From: Gekko japonicus
Lineage: Eukaryota
Length of the DNA: 64,000 nucleotides
Assembly: GCF_001447785.1 (NCBI RefSeq)
Contig: NW_015171513.1
Location: 507,853 to 571,852, forward strand
Direction: 5' to 3'
Under the pieces are notes generated by a model that saw only the letters and a list, made by a program, of their open reading frames with translations, was not told the DNA's origin and searched no databases. Below, in pieces: positions 24,251 through 37,541 of this stretch (the stretch's first letter is position 1; every line of letters starts with the position of its first letter). Both the position numbers and the translations under genes were made by a program.

Positions 24251-24799
24251 TGACCTAAACAGTCTGGGACCAGCATACCTTGGGGACCATCTCTCCTGGT
24301 ACATCCCCCAAAGACTCCTACACTCTGGTGATAACAATCTACTGGTGATCCCTGGCCCAAAGAGTGTTTGGCTGTTCTCAACCAGAACCAGGACTTTTTC
24401 AGCCCTGGCTCCGACCTGGTGGAACATTCTACCGAATGAGATTCAGGCCCTGTGGGATCTGATGCAGGTTTGCTGGGCCTGCAAGACAGAGTTATTCCAC
24501 CAGGCATATGGTTGAGGACAGCAGCAGTTCTTCCATCTTAAGATTGGCCTCCTTTCCTCACTCCTCTTTACATTTCCCATCCCCTTTCTTTCATATCAGG
24601 CAGATTTTAGGATATTTATCTCTCTCCCAGGATAAGGAGCACTAGGTGTGCCCCTTTTATATCCAATCTACTAGTGTTATTGGTTGTTGTTTATTGTATT
24701 GTAGATACATATACAAAGAGACTGCTGAATTGCAATTGATAATGAAGCTTGAAACAATGTCTCTACCTAGATTGAATCGAGACCTAGGTTTCCTGTCTC

Positions 24800-25488
24800 T
24801 GTCACGGTAGAGCCAGGGAGTCAGGCTGGGAGGGTGGGTCACAAGACAAGTCCGAGGGTCAGCCGGGAGAGCAGTCAGCAGAGCGTTAAACAAGTCCCAA
24901 AACACCAGACACAGCCGTAGTCAAACGTTACCAGAGGTTAGAGTCCAGATAGCAAAGCCGAGAGCGTCATCAGATTCAAAGCTGGGAGTCAGGAGCCAGA
25001 GCAGAAGTCCCAAAACACAAGCCGAGTTCAAAAAGCCACAGAGTAAAACAGGAATCAAGGTGCAGAGCTTCTGGTTCTACGAACAAGGTTGCCAGCACAA
25101 ATTGCTCATGGCCAGAGGCCCTACTAAATAGTGCTCTGGCTCATTAACCCATTAGCACCTTTGTGCGAGGTCCTGGCTGCTGTTAAAACTCAGGGCTCAA
25201 GGATCTCCGCCCTCTTGAACGTGCTTCTTTTCATCGGCTAGCCAGATCCTGACGTCTCCTATCCCTAAGCCGGCTTACAGGTGGGGGAGATGCAGGTGGT
25301 GAGCTGCTTACGGCCGATCAATCCCACGTGCAAACCGTCCTGTAGTTGGCTCAGATTGCTGTGTATCCTCCTCCGTACTTACAGTAGGTGCAGATCCTGA
25401 TGCTTCTTCAGCTCATAAAGGCATGGAATCCTCCCCTCTTAGGCTGTCAGGAGCTGGATCTGGGGCTGAGTCAAGGGCAGGCATGACA
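24800..25488. mobile_element. Solo LTR with a 5-bp TSD
   Basis: TGTCA...TGACA termini; GTCTC at 24795-24799 and 25489-25493. Confidence 0.9.
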
Positions 25489-25723
25489 GTCTCATTACCA
25501 ATGCTGATTTCTCCACACCTCTGCATATCTCACCTATTACCCCTCTGCATATCTCACCTAAATCCAAACATGCATGCTATTGTTATTCACCTGCTATTGT
25601 CATTTGCTTGCTGATCCAACATTGGCTTCTCTTACCTTCTTATGTTTGTATGTTTAATGTCATTCAGCATCTGAAATCACTCCACTTTCCAATAAATAGA
25701 ATAGACCGACACCCATTCTAGCT

Positions 25724-25763
25724 GTATCTGAAAAAGTGATTAGTGACTCACGAAAGCTTATAC
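25724..25763 (+). ncRNA. Decayed hammerhead motif (G8A)
   Basis: GTAT-CTGAAAA-A-GTGA(TTAGTGAC)TCAC-GAAA-GC-TT-ATAC. Confidence 0.65.
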
Positions 25764-26234
25764 TATGCCACATATTTTGTTAGTCTTTAAGGTGCTACCA
25801 ACATTTGCTCTTTTCTACTGCTACAGACTAACACAGATACCCATCTTGATATAGATACATATATAACATACACAAATATTGTTTTAATATTTTGACCGTA
25901 TGGAATGTTTGATGAATGCTGCTACCCATTCTGAGCCCTGGTATACAGGGGAGGGAGGGCTATAAATTGAATGAATAAATAAATAAATTTAAAAGAGATG
26001 CTGCTAACAGCAGTTCCTGTGATTGTAGTTGTATAAATAAACTAAGAATAATGTAGATTACAAACCAGGTTTATTATAAATCTTAAACAGGCATAGCAAC
26101 TATAGCATATTTCAGTGAATCAGCCTAATCCCAGACCAGAACTCCACTATTCCACTTCCTATTTCCTGTCCTTCAATACTACATCTATCAATATCCTCTG
26201 GTGTTTATAACCTACATCTAAGAAAACAACGACA

Positions 26235-26365
26235 ACCTTGATACAGAGAGTACTCTCTTTCTGTGTTATACCTCTGAGGATGCCAGTCACAGCTACTGGC
26301 GAAACGTCAGGTCCTACAATGCCAAGACCACAGCCAGACAACCCGGAAAATCTACAACAGCTAGT
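26235..26365 (+). mobile_element. Poseidon-type PLE terminal fragment
   Basis: Hammerhead followed by caagaccacagccagacaacccggaaaa, which resembles lizard Penelope ends. Confidence 0.75.
26270..26312 (+). ncRNA. Intact minimal type-I hammerhead ribozyme
   Basis: ACCT-CTGAGGA-T-GCCAGT(CACAGCT)ACTGGC-GAAA-CG-TC-AGGT, with a GUC triplet. Confidence 0.85.
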
Positions 26366-29300
26366 CCCATATTATTCAGTTACAGAGATTGCAGACTGTT
26401 GGGTCTTCTTTTTCTCACTTTGTTTTGTAGTTTACCATAACCATACAAATGTATACCTAGGACTGCAAATGAGAAACAATTGTAGTATTAGTACTAGTGC
26501 ATAAAGTCATCTTCAATTTTATTTAAGTATTCTGTTATCTACTGCATTCCTCATTCTTGATTTGCATTTCTCTCTAGAGTCACTATGTTAGATAGGTTAT
26601 TATTTGAAAGTAGACAGTATGAAGGAATTGAAAGAGAAACTTCCATTACCATTTTCTGAACCTTTTAAATGTTTGACCTTTGTACATAAACCTATCACTG
26701 TGACTAACTCAATGCTAGTATCAATTTACTCATCTCCAAATCTGTCATTTCTAATCTCAAACCTTTTAACCTTTTATCTGTTTCAAAAAATGGTTAGGTT
26801 TCCCAACTTCCAGTATCTAACAGGACTCTGGTACATGAAAGGCTAGTGTATTAATTTTGTGTACTTATCAGTTACTTATACAATTTAGAGAAAAGATTAA
26901 ATGAAAACGCAAGTAAGTAAATGTCACTAAAACATCTAGTAATTCCTATTTCTATGGGGGAGTAGAAGATAGAGATATACATTTAAATTACTCAAATAAT
27001 TTAGTTAGGCTATGATAATATCTTAACAGACTTCTCTCAGTCCTTAGCATACAATCTTGCCCTGCCCCCCCAGTGAAGACATGAGACGCCAAGCAGGGGA
27101 TCAGCTAGTTTATTTAACTGTTTTCAATTTATGTAAATGGATGATCTATGTCATCTATGTGGATGATTTTGAGGGTGGGCTGCGCTAGGCATCTACATGG
27201 GCTGCCTTTTGGACAGATCCACCCTGGCCCCAAATTTGGCGGCTGTTTCTGTTGGCCTTGCTTATCACCACCTTCCATCCCTATGTGCCAACAGATGCTC
27301 AGCTTCATTCCTCTTCCTTAATGTGCCGCAAGGCACTACCAGGTTCAAAAGATACCACTTAGCACCCAGGGCGCTCCTTCACAGCACATCCAGCTGTAAA
27401 CCATGTGATGACCATGTGATGACCTGTTCCAGACACACCTTCCATCATGCATATGTCTCAGGGTGCTTGCTGATTAATCCTACCTATCCAAAGCAATCTG
27501 CCCTATTCCTGCCACAAGGAGGTTAGCTTGACTTAATACTCCTTGCTCCCCCTGCTGACTATAATGTCATGTAGGCCTTGACAAAGATCAAGCAGGTAAA
27601 CGTCACAAGAGTTCACAGTCATAGCTTTGCATCACTGGCTGACAGCCCCAGGTCTGACTCCTGCAACCTCGTTTGGGACACATCCCAGTGAGATTGAGCT
27701 AAGAGCTCAAAGTGAGGGCAGCAGTGCACAATGGCCAGCTGCCCTCATCTGATTGGCTGCTCTGTTTTCTCCACAGTCAATGGAACTTCACACCTCATTT
27801 GAAGGAAGTTAGGTGCTGAAGTGAATCATCTCACAGCATAATTTGCTGTGAATATTGTTTACTGAAAATAATAGAACAATTTTTTGTATAATAGCAAGTT
27901 CAGAATAAATCCCTGAAAGTGTGTTAATGGATCATGGACCAGCAGGTTCCTGTATGTTAAAATGAAAACGTAAATTTTTGAACTTAGAAATCAACATTTA
28001 ATCATGGTGCTCAGCATTAAGTTTATGAACATAGCTATTTAATGTTAAGTACAAAAAGAACCATTTTCATTATAGTAATATGTAAGGCTGAAACTAGGTA
28101 GAGAGGAAAGAGGAAATTCATACATGTTTAGTTATTTATATCTAAAGTTAATTAAATAAGGGAATTTGGATATATAAAGTTATTATTTCTGCAAGGATAC
28201 TCTCAAGAGAGTTGAGCCCAGTAATTCAGATTCTCCCAAAATTGTGTGTTAGTGGACCAATTATCTCACCTCTAAAGAAGGAAAGTTTTAAAATTCCTGC
28301 CAAGATTTTGTGCTGTTCTGATAATTGTATTTGTATTGATGAGCTCTGACCAGTTAATACTTAATTAAGAATTACGTGTTGTGAGAGAAATGTGTAAATG
28401 ATTCCAACTGGATGTAGACTATGTGCTTGATTGAAAAGGTAGTGGATTTGATACCTGTGCTATATTTGTTCTGTTAAAATGCTTTTCTTGAAGAGAGGAC
28501 TAGTTTTTTAGTGGTGACATTGTCCAGGGATGTATGTAGTACAATTTTGTAAATGCATTTTTAAATACTTGCTTTCCCCGTAATGTAATCATTACCTTAT
28601 TTCAGATCAATATGTAATTTGCTTAAAAAATTAGTCTAGGCTCATTTTCCCAAGAATGACAGTATGAGTCAGCAGAATTTCACATCCCAGGTAGGCTATC
28701 AGCTTTCTGTATTTGGTTAAGGTTTTAGACTGTTCTAATATACTAGGGTCCCTAGTTGTGGTTGCCCTAGAGAAAACATATGCCAGTGCCAAGACAGAGG
28801 TCTTAATAACAGGAGTAGATTTGCCATCTGCCACCTTGGAGGACAAATAATCATGGATTAAAGGTTTAATGCCTGAGAGGGATTTTTAAAATTAATTTCT
28901 GTCTTGGATTTTGCCTGTCAGACAAAGTGCCATTAAACCCCACTGAAAGATTTATTGGCTGTGTTCGTCCATCCCAGGCAAGAATTTTTTTCTTCATGTT
29001 ATTTACCTTTTACCAGAAATTTCCTGGCAGAAAAGGTAATTCAGAATTAGTCTGAGAGTTTTGGAACTTTTGTATTTTTGGCAAGGCTTATGATTCCTGG
29101 GTTTATGGGAGTTATTTTATTATTATATGATCATTCTTATAGGTCTTCCTTGAGAACAGGATGCTGTCAAGTCTGCCTCATAATACAACAAAAAAAAACC
29201 TCAAAATGTCCTAAAAATGAAAGCAAACAAAAAGACAAATTGTGAAATTGCACTACATTTACACATATCAATCATATAATTAATCAGTACAAAAATACTG

Positions 29301-30002
29301 GATGAGCAGTCTTGATGGCCTACAGATACCAGTTGTTTGGTCTGTTTGTGAAATGTGATACACAGGTTTTAAATTCCTTGTGTGCAATACAGTGCTCAAG
29401 ATCTTTAAGATGGAGCCAGAGTTATATGTATAAAAGTATACAAAAATTGGTTTCATATAGAATATTTTTGGTTTGGGGAGAGCAAATTAAGATATATTTT
29501 GGAAAATGTAAACTATCAACTTACAGAATCTATGAACCTGTATTTTATTTCAGAAACCATATCTATTTACTTGAAGGAATTATTGGTATATTATATTCAT
29601 ACATAGTAGAAATAGAAGCACCCAGACATAATGTTTTGCTGTTAGTGCAAAAGTGGTGGTGGTGGGTGGTAACAGTAGTTTCCATCAGTAAAGTGGCTAT
29701 TTCCATGGGCCATTTTTAAAGGCAGATAGCCTTTGCTAACTTCACCTAGAGATACTATCTGTGAACACATTCTTAAAATCCTGCACGTACTGTCATATGC
29801 AAGAGAACGTTTGGGAAGATGAGTGAGCATAATGGTAATTTCTAGATGATAAAAATTTCAAGGTATTCCCGTTTCAACTGAAAACATAATAATATTAAAT
29901 CAAAAGTCTTCAAACAATTCACTGTGTTTAAAAGAGAGGCTGATGTTTACCCAGCAGTACCAATATGTAGTATAAAACCCCATAACATATTTCAGTGCAA
30001 TT

Positions 30003-30137
30003 GAAGTCCAGTAGCACCTTAACCACCAACAAAATTTTCTAGGATATAAGCTTTTGTGAATCAAAGCTCACTTCATCAGAAAGTGAACCCAAATTTTGTT
30101 TTACTACTGCAGACGAACATAGCTATCCACCTGAAAC
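30003..30137. mobile_element. Short PLE pLTR remnants (inverted pair) with a decayed hammerhead
   Basis: Minus strand CTGATGA-AGTGAG..TTCAC-AAAAGCTT, then a plus-strand tail. Confidence 0.65.
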
Positions 30138-31201
30138 TATAATATTTACTGCAGTATAGCTGCTTACTCAGTAGTGAGAAAATGGACCTTTACTCTTAGT
30201 GAGAAAAGTGGGCTATAAATAAATAAATAAATAAATATGCCTTTTGTATGGAGATGTAAGGTATCTGTAAGCAGAACATCTCACTCAGAGCTACCAGAAT
30301 TTTGTAGGAAGTTGAAAATGGTACGGGGGTATATTTACAATTTTATAGTTTTCCTCCGCACCCCACTCCTTCCTGCGAGCCCTTCAGTGATAGGAGAAGC
30401 CCTTTCTGAATTTCTGCACTCCCAAACTTCCTTCTCTTCTTTTAGGGCTGCCTGCCCGCCCGCCTGCCTTCACCGCATTCCTCGGCTACTGGCCTTCCAC
30501 TTCTGGGACGGGTTTCTTCCTGCACTGCCCTGTTCCCCCTCAGGTGGCCAGCCTTTTCATGCTGTGTGCACTTCCATTTTCGCCTGCCTGTCTGCATCCA
30601 ATCCCATGGCAGGCAGAGAGCCGAAGGCAAAGTTTTGCACCATCCCCCCCCCCCCCAAGGGTGGCTACATTTTCTGAACTTCAAGAACCCCAACCCCATA
30701 GGAAAGTTGTGAAAATGAGGCTAGCACACAGAAGGCTGGCGGGAGATTGCGGCCGGAGGCTTGGGTGGTGGTTGATAGGAATCAAAGAAACAGAAACAAA
30801 GGGGGGCACATGCACACATACTGCTATTGCATATTCCTGTTCTCTCTGCACATACCCTGCCCCCAATTTTACACTGCCCCCCATTAGAAGTTGGTGGCGG
30901 CGCAGGTTCTGAACTGGTGTTTATGCATAGGTAACATAACAGGAAAGTACAAGTGCCCGGTGCCTCCAGTCTCTCAACAGATTTTGTGTGTGTCCCATAT
31001 GTGGGAAAGGGAAGGCTTGCCATCATTGAGCTGGTAGAGTTTTTCCTGGTATTAAGAATGAGAAAGTGGAAAGGAGCTAAATGTATGTGTGAAGGAGCCA
31101 CAGCAGTTAGTTCTTAATTCACAGAGTTACAGTTGTAACTGAGTTAGAGCTAAAAGAGTATTGGCAGCATGATCCTAACTGTGTTTACTTAGAAGTAAAT
31201 T

Positions 31202-31322
31202 CGAAATGGGTAGACGTGTTAGTTAGTAGCAGTAAATTAAATCTGGGGTTACCATATTTTGAAAAGCAAAAATTAGTATAAAAGTTTTCATAAATCAGAG
31301 CTAATTTCATCAGATGGAAGAT
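31202..31322 (-). mobile_element. Short PLE pLTR insertion with a ~18-bp TSD
   Basis: tttact(t/c)agaagtaaatt at 31184-31201 and 31323-31340. Confidence 0.6.
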
Positions 31323-31475
31323 TTTACTCAGAAGTAAATTTCACTAGCTTCTGTGGGATACTTCCTAGTACAGTCACATTCTGGTGGTACTTACCAAGGA
31401 GTAAATCATATTTTACTCCATGGCATATTTCTGAGTAAATAGGTTTGATTGGGAAATACCTGGAGATTTGGGGGG

Positions 31476-31870
31476 NNNNNNNNNNNNNNNNNNNNNNNNN
31501 NNNNNNNNNNNNNNNNNNNNNNNNNNNNNNNNNNNNNNNNNNNNNNNNNNNNNNNNNNNNNNNNNNNNNNNNNNNNNNNNNNNNNNNNNNNNNNNNNNNN
31601 NNNNNNNNNNNNNNNNNNNNNNNNNNNNNNNNNNNNNNNNNNNNNNNNNNNNNNNNNNNNNNNNNNNNNNNNNNNNNNNNNNNNNNNNNNNNNNNNNNNN
31701 NNNNNNNNNNNNNNNNNNNNNNNNNNNNNNNNNNNNNNNNNNNNNNNNNNNNNNNNNNNNNNNNNNNNNNNNNNNNNNNNNNNNNNNNNNNNNNNNNNNN
31801 NNNNNNNNNNNNNNNNNNNNNNNNNNNNNNNNNNNNNNNNNNNNNNNNNNNNNNNNNNNNNNNNNNNNNN
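31476..31870. other. Assembly gap
   Basis: Run of N. Confidence 1.
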
Positions 31871-31939
31871 TAAATAAGATCGTGTTTTTAGTTTTCATTT
31901 CTTTTCCTTCTCTTTCCTTCTCTTTCTTTCCCCCTCTCT

Positions 31940-31982
31940 CCTTCCTTCCTTCCTTCCTTCCTTCCTTCCTTCCTTCCTTCCT
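31940..31982 (+). repeat. (CTTC)n microsatellite
   Basis: Seen directly. Confidence 0.95.
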
Positions 31983-32195
31983 GCGGAGCTCTGCATGCCC
32001 CCCCCATAGCTAGCAATCCAAAACAGTCCAGTGGCACCTTTAAGACCAAGGCTTATTCAAGTACAAGTTCTCCCTCCTCTGTGAGGGCAGATCTGCGCGG
32101 TCAAGGATGTTCTAATATGCTAATTAGTTTCTGCTGTTGGGTGTGGCCTATTATGCTAATGAGTTTCTGCTGGGCTTTTCCTACAAAAATAGCCT

Positions 32196-32761
32196 TGTCA
32201 TGACCCCAGGGGGTCACCAGCTTCCGCCACCACCACTCTGAACTTCGGGTCCCTTGAGAAGACCCAGAGTACCCTTCCAAGCCCATCCAATTTGCCCCTT
32301 TTTAAGCCTAGAACATAGGCGTGATGACCAGGCAGAGAACAATAAAACAAAATGGCTTATTAACGCAGTACTGGGGCAAGGAAAACAAGACAAAGTGATT
32401 TAAATCTATAACAATGTTTAAAGAAAAAATAAATGAATCTAACATGACTATCTAGTTCACTTAACTGGATATTACTTCAAGGCCCACAGCCCTCTTATAC
32501 CAGGACTCCTGCCGGGATATTTCTCCTCAGACCAGACTGTCCCCTCAGTGAGACAAGACTGCAGAAGAGCAAAAGAACACTGTTTTTCACAGTTAACAGC
32601 TTAAGTCAGAATCTCCTCACAGAATCTCTGGAAACTGATTGGCTACAACCGTTGCGAAGCCTTATGGGGACTGTAGGCTGTCTACTTTCCACTTCCACAC
32701 TGGTCTCTCCTGGGACCAGGCCACACTAGGCCTTGCTCCCAGTCTTGCACAGATCATGACA
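32196..32761. mobile_element. Solo LTR
   Basis: Perfect 8-bp inverted termini TGTCATGA...TCATGACA; imperfect flanks agcct/agctc. Confidence 0.7.
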
Positions 32762-35700
32762 AGCTCTGATACTGATCTCCAGATTACAAAGATCAGTTCC
32801 CATGGAGAAAATGGCAGAGGCAGAGGAAGAACTCTGTGTCATCACATCTCTGCAGTGCTCCCTTCCCTTCTGAAGCTCTGCCTACCTAGGTTCCACCCCC
32901 AAATGTTCAGGATCCCAGCCCAGAGTTGTCAACCCTTTTAGGAGTCCTAGAATCCAGTTGTATCTATCAATGCCAAAATGATCTGTTTGTGAAATATAGG
33001 ACATCAGTGGCATCAGTTTTGTAACTGAATCTGAGTTCTCCTCAATAGCCCCTTCCAACAAGACCTCAACAGCTGCCAGGATGGAAATTGGTGGCAAACA
33101 GTGTATCCTTAGAGTAGAAGTAGAGATTTCATAAGAATCAAAAGAGCACACCTTTTTTTTCTTCAGGGCTACGAAACACTATGACATTTTACTACTTGTA
33201 AAGCTACCTGTCAGTTTGTGTATCAGTTAAAGAGATGTAGCAACATAAATGGAATTTTGAAATCGTAAAGAGAAACAAAGAGCTATATATGAGTTGTCAA
33301 TTCTAGGCCTTTCCTAGAAGAGAGCCTGAATGATAATGGCCATGAAAACAATGCATGTATTCTTTTAAGAGAGCAGACTAAACAACACAAACATTTGTAT
33401 GATGTTAATTGCTTTCTTTTGCTAATCCTCTATAACAATGTACAACAGTGCAACTTTTTTCTTTTTAAAATTCCTACAGGGGGTATAAATCTAATTTTTA
33501 TCAATTTCTCTGTCCTATGGCAGCCCCCTCCCCTGCTGCCATATCCTGTGAAATTGTAGAGGGTCCTCTGTGGCTTTTTGGGAAGGACCCATGAATTTAA
33601 TGCAGGACAAGAATGCAGGAAAGCTAAAGCTAGCCTTCAAACCAAAGTATTTTGTTTTGTTTTAAATCAGCAATGCGTGTTTGTATACACACACAAATAT
33701 AAAAAATAATAAGTTATGGAGAAAACCTCAACATGCAGTATAATGAAAGTAATGTCAGCAAAAAAGAATGAAAACAGTCTTTTTACAGGAACATCCTCTC
33801 CATCTATATAAAATTATTACATATATTTTACTTCAACAGACATGGCTTACTTCTATACCATCGGAACTCTATCCTGCTACTGCCTGTTTTTTTGTTTTTT
33901 AGGTGAACTACCTTAGCTGCACGTATCCATTTTGATTATTCTTATATTGTGCTTCAGATCCTTTAAAATTACATTTCCTACAAGATGAAGCATTAGCAGA
34001 TTCCCTAGTTCTAAAACTTATTTTTAAAGGGTTGAACAGTCAGTGCTCTCTGAATATTGTGTTGCTATTGCCTTTGAAATGAGTCTTAAAATTCTGCTTA
34101 AGAAATGGTTAAACTATAAATTAACTGATCAAGTGGATAAGCTCTAGTCTAATGTAATAAAGTGTTAGATGAAACTGAAGAGGTTCATCCTTTGTATTGC
34201 TATCTAATGGGGTGCATCTGAGATTGGATCTGTGACCAAAAGATGCTTGTTTTTAAGGCCTGATTTCTTACTGTGTTTACTAAAATGACACCTTAGCATG
34301 CCAAAACATTATTTTGTAGGATAAGATAGCCATACAATAAACTGCCATGATTTACAGATTTTAATTATAAAGGATGCAGAATTTCTTCTAGCTTAACATT
34401 TATTATGACATGTCCTGTTTTAATTGCACTGAAAGTATTAGCATTTCTCTCTTCTATTTTCATGTCATTTTAATTTTCTTTGTTCTGTGAATCTTCAGAT
34501 GTTTTACTGCTTGCGAATAACGTAAGGCCATTACCATTAAATACACAAAGTGGTTACAGTTTTATAGATTGTGCTAGAAGGTCAGGAAAGTCGTGTGGTT
34601 AAACAACAGTAACTCTCAAGTTAGACAGTTTAAATGAATTGTGCAATAATACTGGCTCTTCCAGCAACAGAAACCATTGGGAGGGTGTTCTATTTCTACT
34701 GGCAGAAGCCCAGTGTTTTCACATACTGCCGTGATGATATTAGCAATCCTGTGAATACATACTCTTCATTGATATCAAGGGTTTGTTCTGCACAGTCCCA
34801 TGAGACCTGGATGGAATAGCAACAAAAAGCCCCCCCCCCCAAGTAACAAGGAACAGAGTATGTCTGTGTGACTGATGATTCAAAATAATCTATGTCTTGT
34901 GGAGAATAACGGTCTTCTGGTGTAAGAAGCATTACACTAGCATTAACCCTTAACTAGTATTTGCCTTCAAGAATCTTAAGTTCCTTAGTATTTCTTAGGG
35001 AACTTGGGGATTTGGTGGGAGAGGGCTGTTTGCCTGCAGGAGTTTAAACCTTAGATATTACAAGTCATGAGGAGACAATTTTTTGCCTCATTGCAACTAA
35101 GTGGCTTAAATAATGAGGTGTGATCTGGAACAGAATACTTAGCCTGTGCTTAACTGATAGAGATCAAGGTCATGGTGGTCAAGGAGAAACAAATTCCAGA
35201 AGCCTCCCAAACCCATTCAAAGGTAAGACTTTAATGAAATCAAAGTGTGAGTGCTTGTAAGAGCATAGAGATGTACTCCTCTAAGGTATAAAGATAGGGA
35301 GTTAGGCCAGTGTAAATTGGTATTCATCCATAATTTTTAAAGCACCACGGAATTAATATGTATTTCCAGAATTTTCACTTTTACTTGTCCAGTGAAATAG
35401 ATCTATTGAAGACCTACCTACTATAGTGTTACAAGCCTTTGTAAATTGTAAATCAATAAACAAGTTTTACTAGTCTAACAGTATCAAATCTATTTTTTTG
35501 TGGGTTAATAACCACTTTTCAGTCTTCCTTAGTTACAACCAGGGAACCTAATGGTTGGTTCTACAATAACATAAGATTAATATTTTAAAACATTACTTGT
35601 TTCTGCAATTTTACTGTTGTATTGGAAAAAGAAAATGTATTACAGCTGTGAATGTGAATATGTAAATAGGAAACTATTTCATGTTCTTCAGGTACACACA

Positions 35701-35869
35701 CAATATATTTTTTCATGCACATACACAGAGAGAACATCCTGATAACATCAATTTTACATTGTTTGTTCCAAGGAAATAACTGAAAAATCAGTAAGCTGTT
35801 ACGCAGTTATGTGTATATGCACATATTTTACATTATGCATATACCAACTCTGCTTTCATAGAATAATTA

Positions 35870-37013
35870 ATATATCTAATTTTCAACCTGTCCCCATCTG
35901 TGGATAATGAAATCTGGACACTGAAGCCGTGAACAGACAGGACAGATCTTTATACAAACCAGAGAAGATCCTAGGTTTGCTGCACTATTGCCTGCACAGA
36001 AAAACCCTCTTGAATAATTCAGTTTTGCATAGTTTGTGGAAAGCCAAGAGAGTGAGAGCCTTCTTGACTTGCTCAGACAATCCATTCCACAAGGTAGGGG
36101 CCACAATGGAGAAGATACATGTATGGGCAGTTGTTGATTTTGTCCATTTGCAGGTTAGCACCTGCAGAAGACCCTGCTCCAATGAACAAAGTTCTTGTGG
36201 CGGAACATAGAGGGAGGGACAGTCTCACAGATATGAATGTCCAAGCCCATGAAGTATGTGATAGCCAGTACTTTAAACTGAGCCCCGTAACTGATGGGCA
36301 ACCAGTGGAGTGACTGTAGAATGGGATTAACAGGCATGTTCCACCTAGTATCCTGTAATAGCTGAGCTGTGGCATTCTGCATCAACTTGAGTTTCCAATT
36401 TGATTTTGAGGGGAAACCAATATATAGTCAATGTATGTAATAGCTGAGCTGTGGCATTCTGCATCAACTTGAGTTTCCAATTTGATTTTGAGGGGAAACC
36501 AATGTATAGTCTTAATGTGGCTATGGCATGGATCCAGGTGGCCTAATCAGCTGTATCAAATTAAGACACCATTTTTGAGCTAGGCTGAAAGCCTTTTTTG
36601 TAAGTGCATTAACTTGCTTCTCCATCAAAGATGTTGGGTCCAGTACAACCCTGAGGCTCTTAACTGTAGAAGCAAGGGTCAGCTTAACTCCATCGAAAGT
36701 GGGGAGCAAAATGTCCTTCAAGTCCTCTCCCTTCCCAAGTAGCATTATTTTTGTCTTTCCAGGGTTTAGTTTCAATTTGTTCACTCTTAGCCATTTAACC
36801 ATTGCAGCCAGGGACTGGTTTTGGACCTCTATTGCATCACCAGTAAAAAACAATCAATATATATATAGCTGAGTATTGTCAGCATATTTATGCAGCCAAC
36901 CCCAAAACTACAAATGATTCGGCCTAAGGGCTTTACATAAAGACTGAAGAGCATTAAAGATAGGACCCAGTGGGACCTCACAGGATAGGTCCCACACTGA
37001 TGATAACTGTTCT
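35870..37013 (-). mobile_element. L2 LINE ORF2 3' portion
   Basis: WLRVNKLKLNPGKTK, QNATAQLL..LQSLHWLPI, FSIVAPTLWNGL..CKTELF. Confidence 0.9.
36354..36519. repeat. 82-bp tandem duplication in L2
   Basis: 36354-36435 is near-identical to 36436-36519. Confidence 0.9.
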
Positions 37014-37351
37014 CAGGGCTCTTTTTGTAGAAAAAGCCCAGCAGGAACTCATTAGCATAATATGCCACACCCGACAGCAGAAACTCATTAGCATACTAGG
37101 TCACACCGCCAACAGTATGGCTCATCAGCATATTAGGCCACACCCCCATGTTATCAGAAGTATGGTCATTCAGCCACACCCACCTTTTGCATCTTATTCT
37201 GCTTGCTTTGTTGTCAAAATGGTTTTGACAAAATCAATAAAAACATTATTTTTTAAAAAAGTTTCCAATTCCATATGTTTAATTTTAAAAGTTTTCCCAT
37301 AAGTTGTAAATAAATCTTTTTGTAGGCTGCCATTACAATATCAATGAAAAG

Positions 37352-37541
37352 CACAACAGACCCCTGTGAGATAGGTGGGGCTGAGAGAGCTCTTTCGAGA
37401 ACTGCTCATGAGAGAACAGCTCTGAAAGAACTTGTGACTGATCCAAGGTCACACCAGCAGCTGCATGTGGATGAGTGGGAATCAAACCCAGTTTTCCCAG
37501 ATTAAAGTCTGTGCTCCTAACCACTACACCAAACTGGTTCT
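37352..37541 (-). mobile_element. Squam3-type SINE, 3'-truncated
   Basis: Family match. Confidence 0.85.

Larger units (their letters stand above)
24714..25851 (+). mobile_element. 5'-truncated PLE with a 12-bp TSD
   Basis: TAGATACATATA at 24702-24713 and 25852-25863; encodes QRETAELQLIMKL..LNRDLGFLS|HY; pLTR follows. Confidence 0.85.
24255..25988 (+). mobile_element. L2 LINE 3' end, interrupted by a PLE
   Basis: GPAYLGDHL..TFSALAPTWWNILP..ACKTELF; the tail resumes after 25863 and ends in (TAAA)n. Confidence 0.8.

Noticed and set aside
28631-28846. Possible DIRS recombinase remnant
   Set aside because: The motif match is too weak to support.
37040-37147. CRISPR-like repeat array
   Set aside because: These are eukaryotic transposon subterminal repeats, with no unique spacers and no cas genes.
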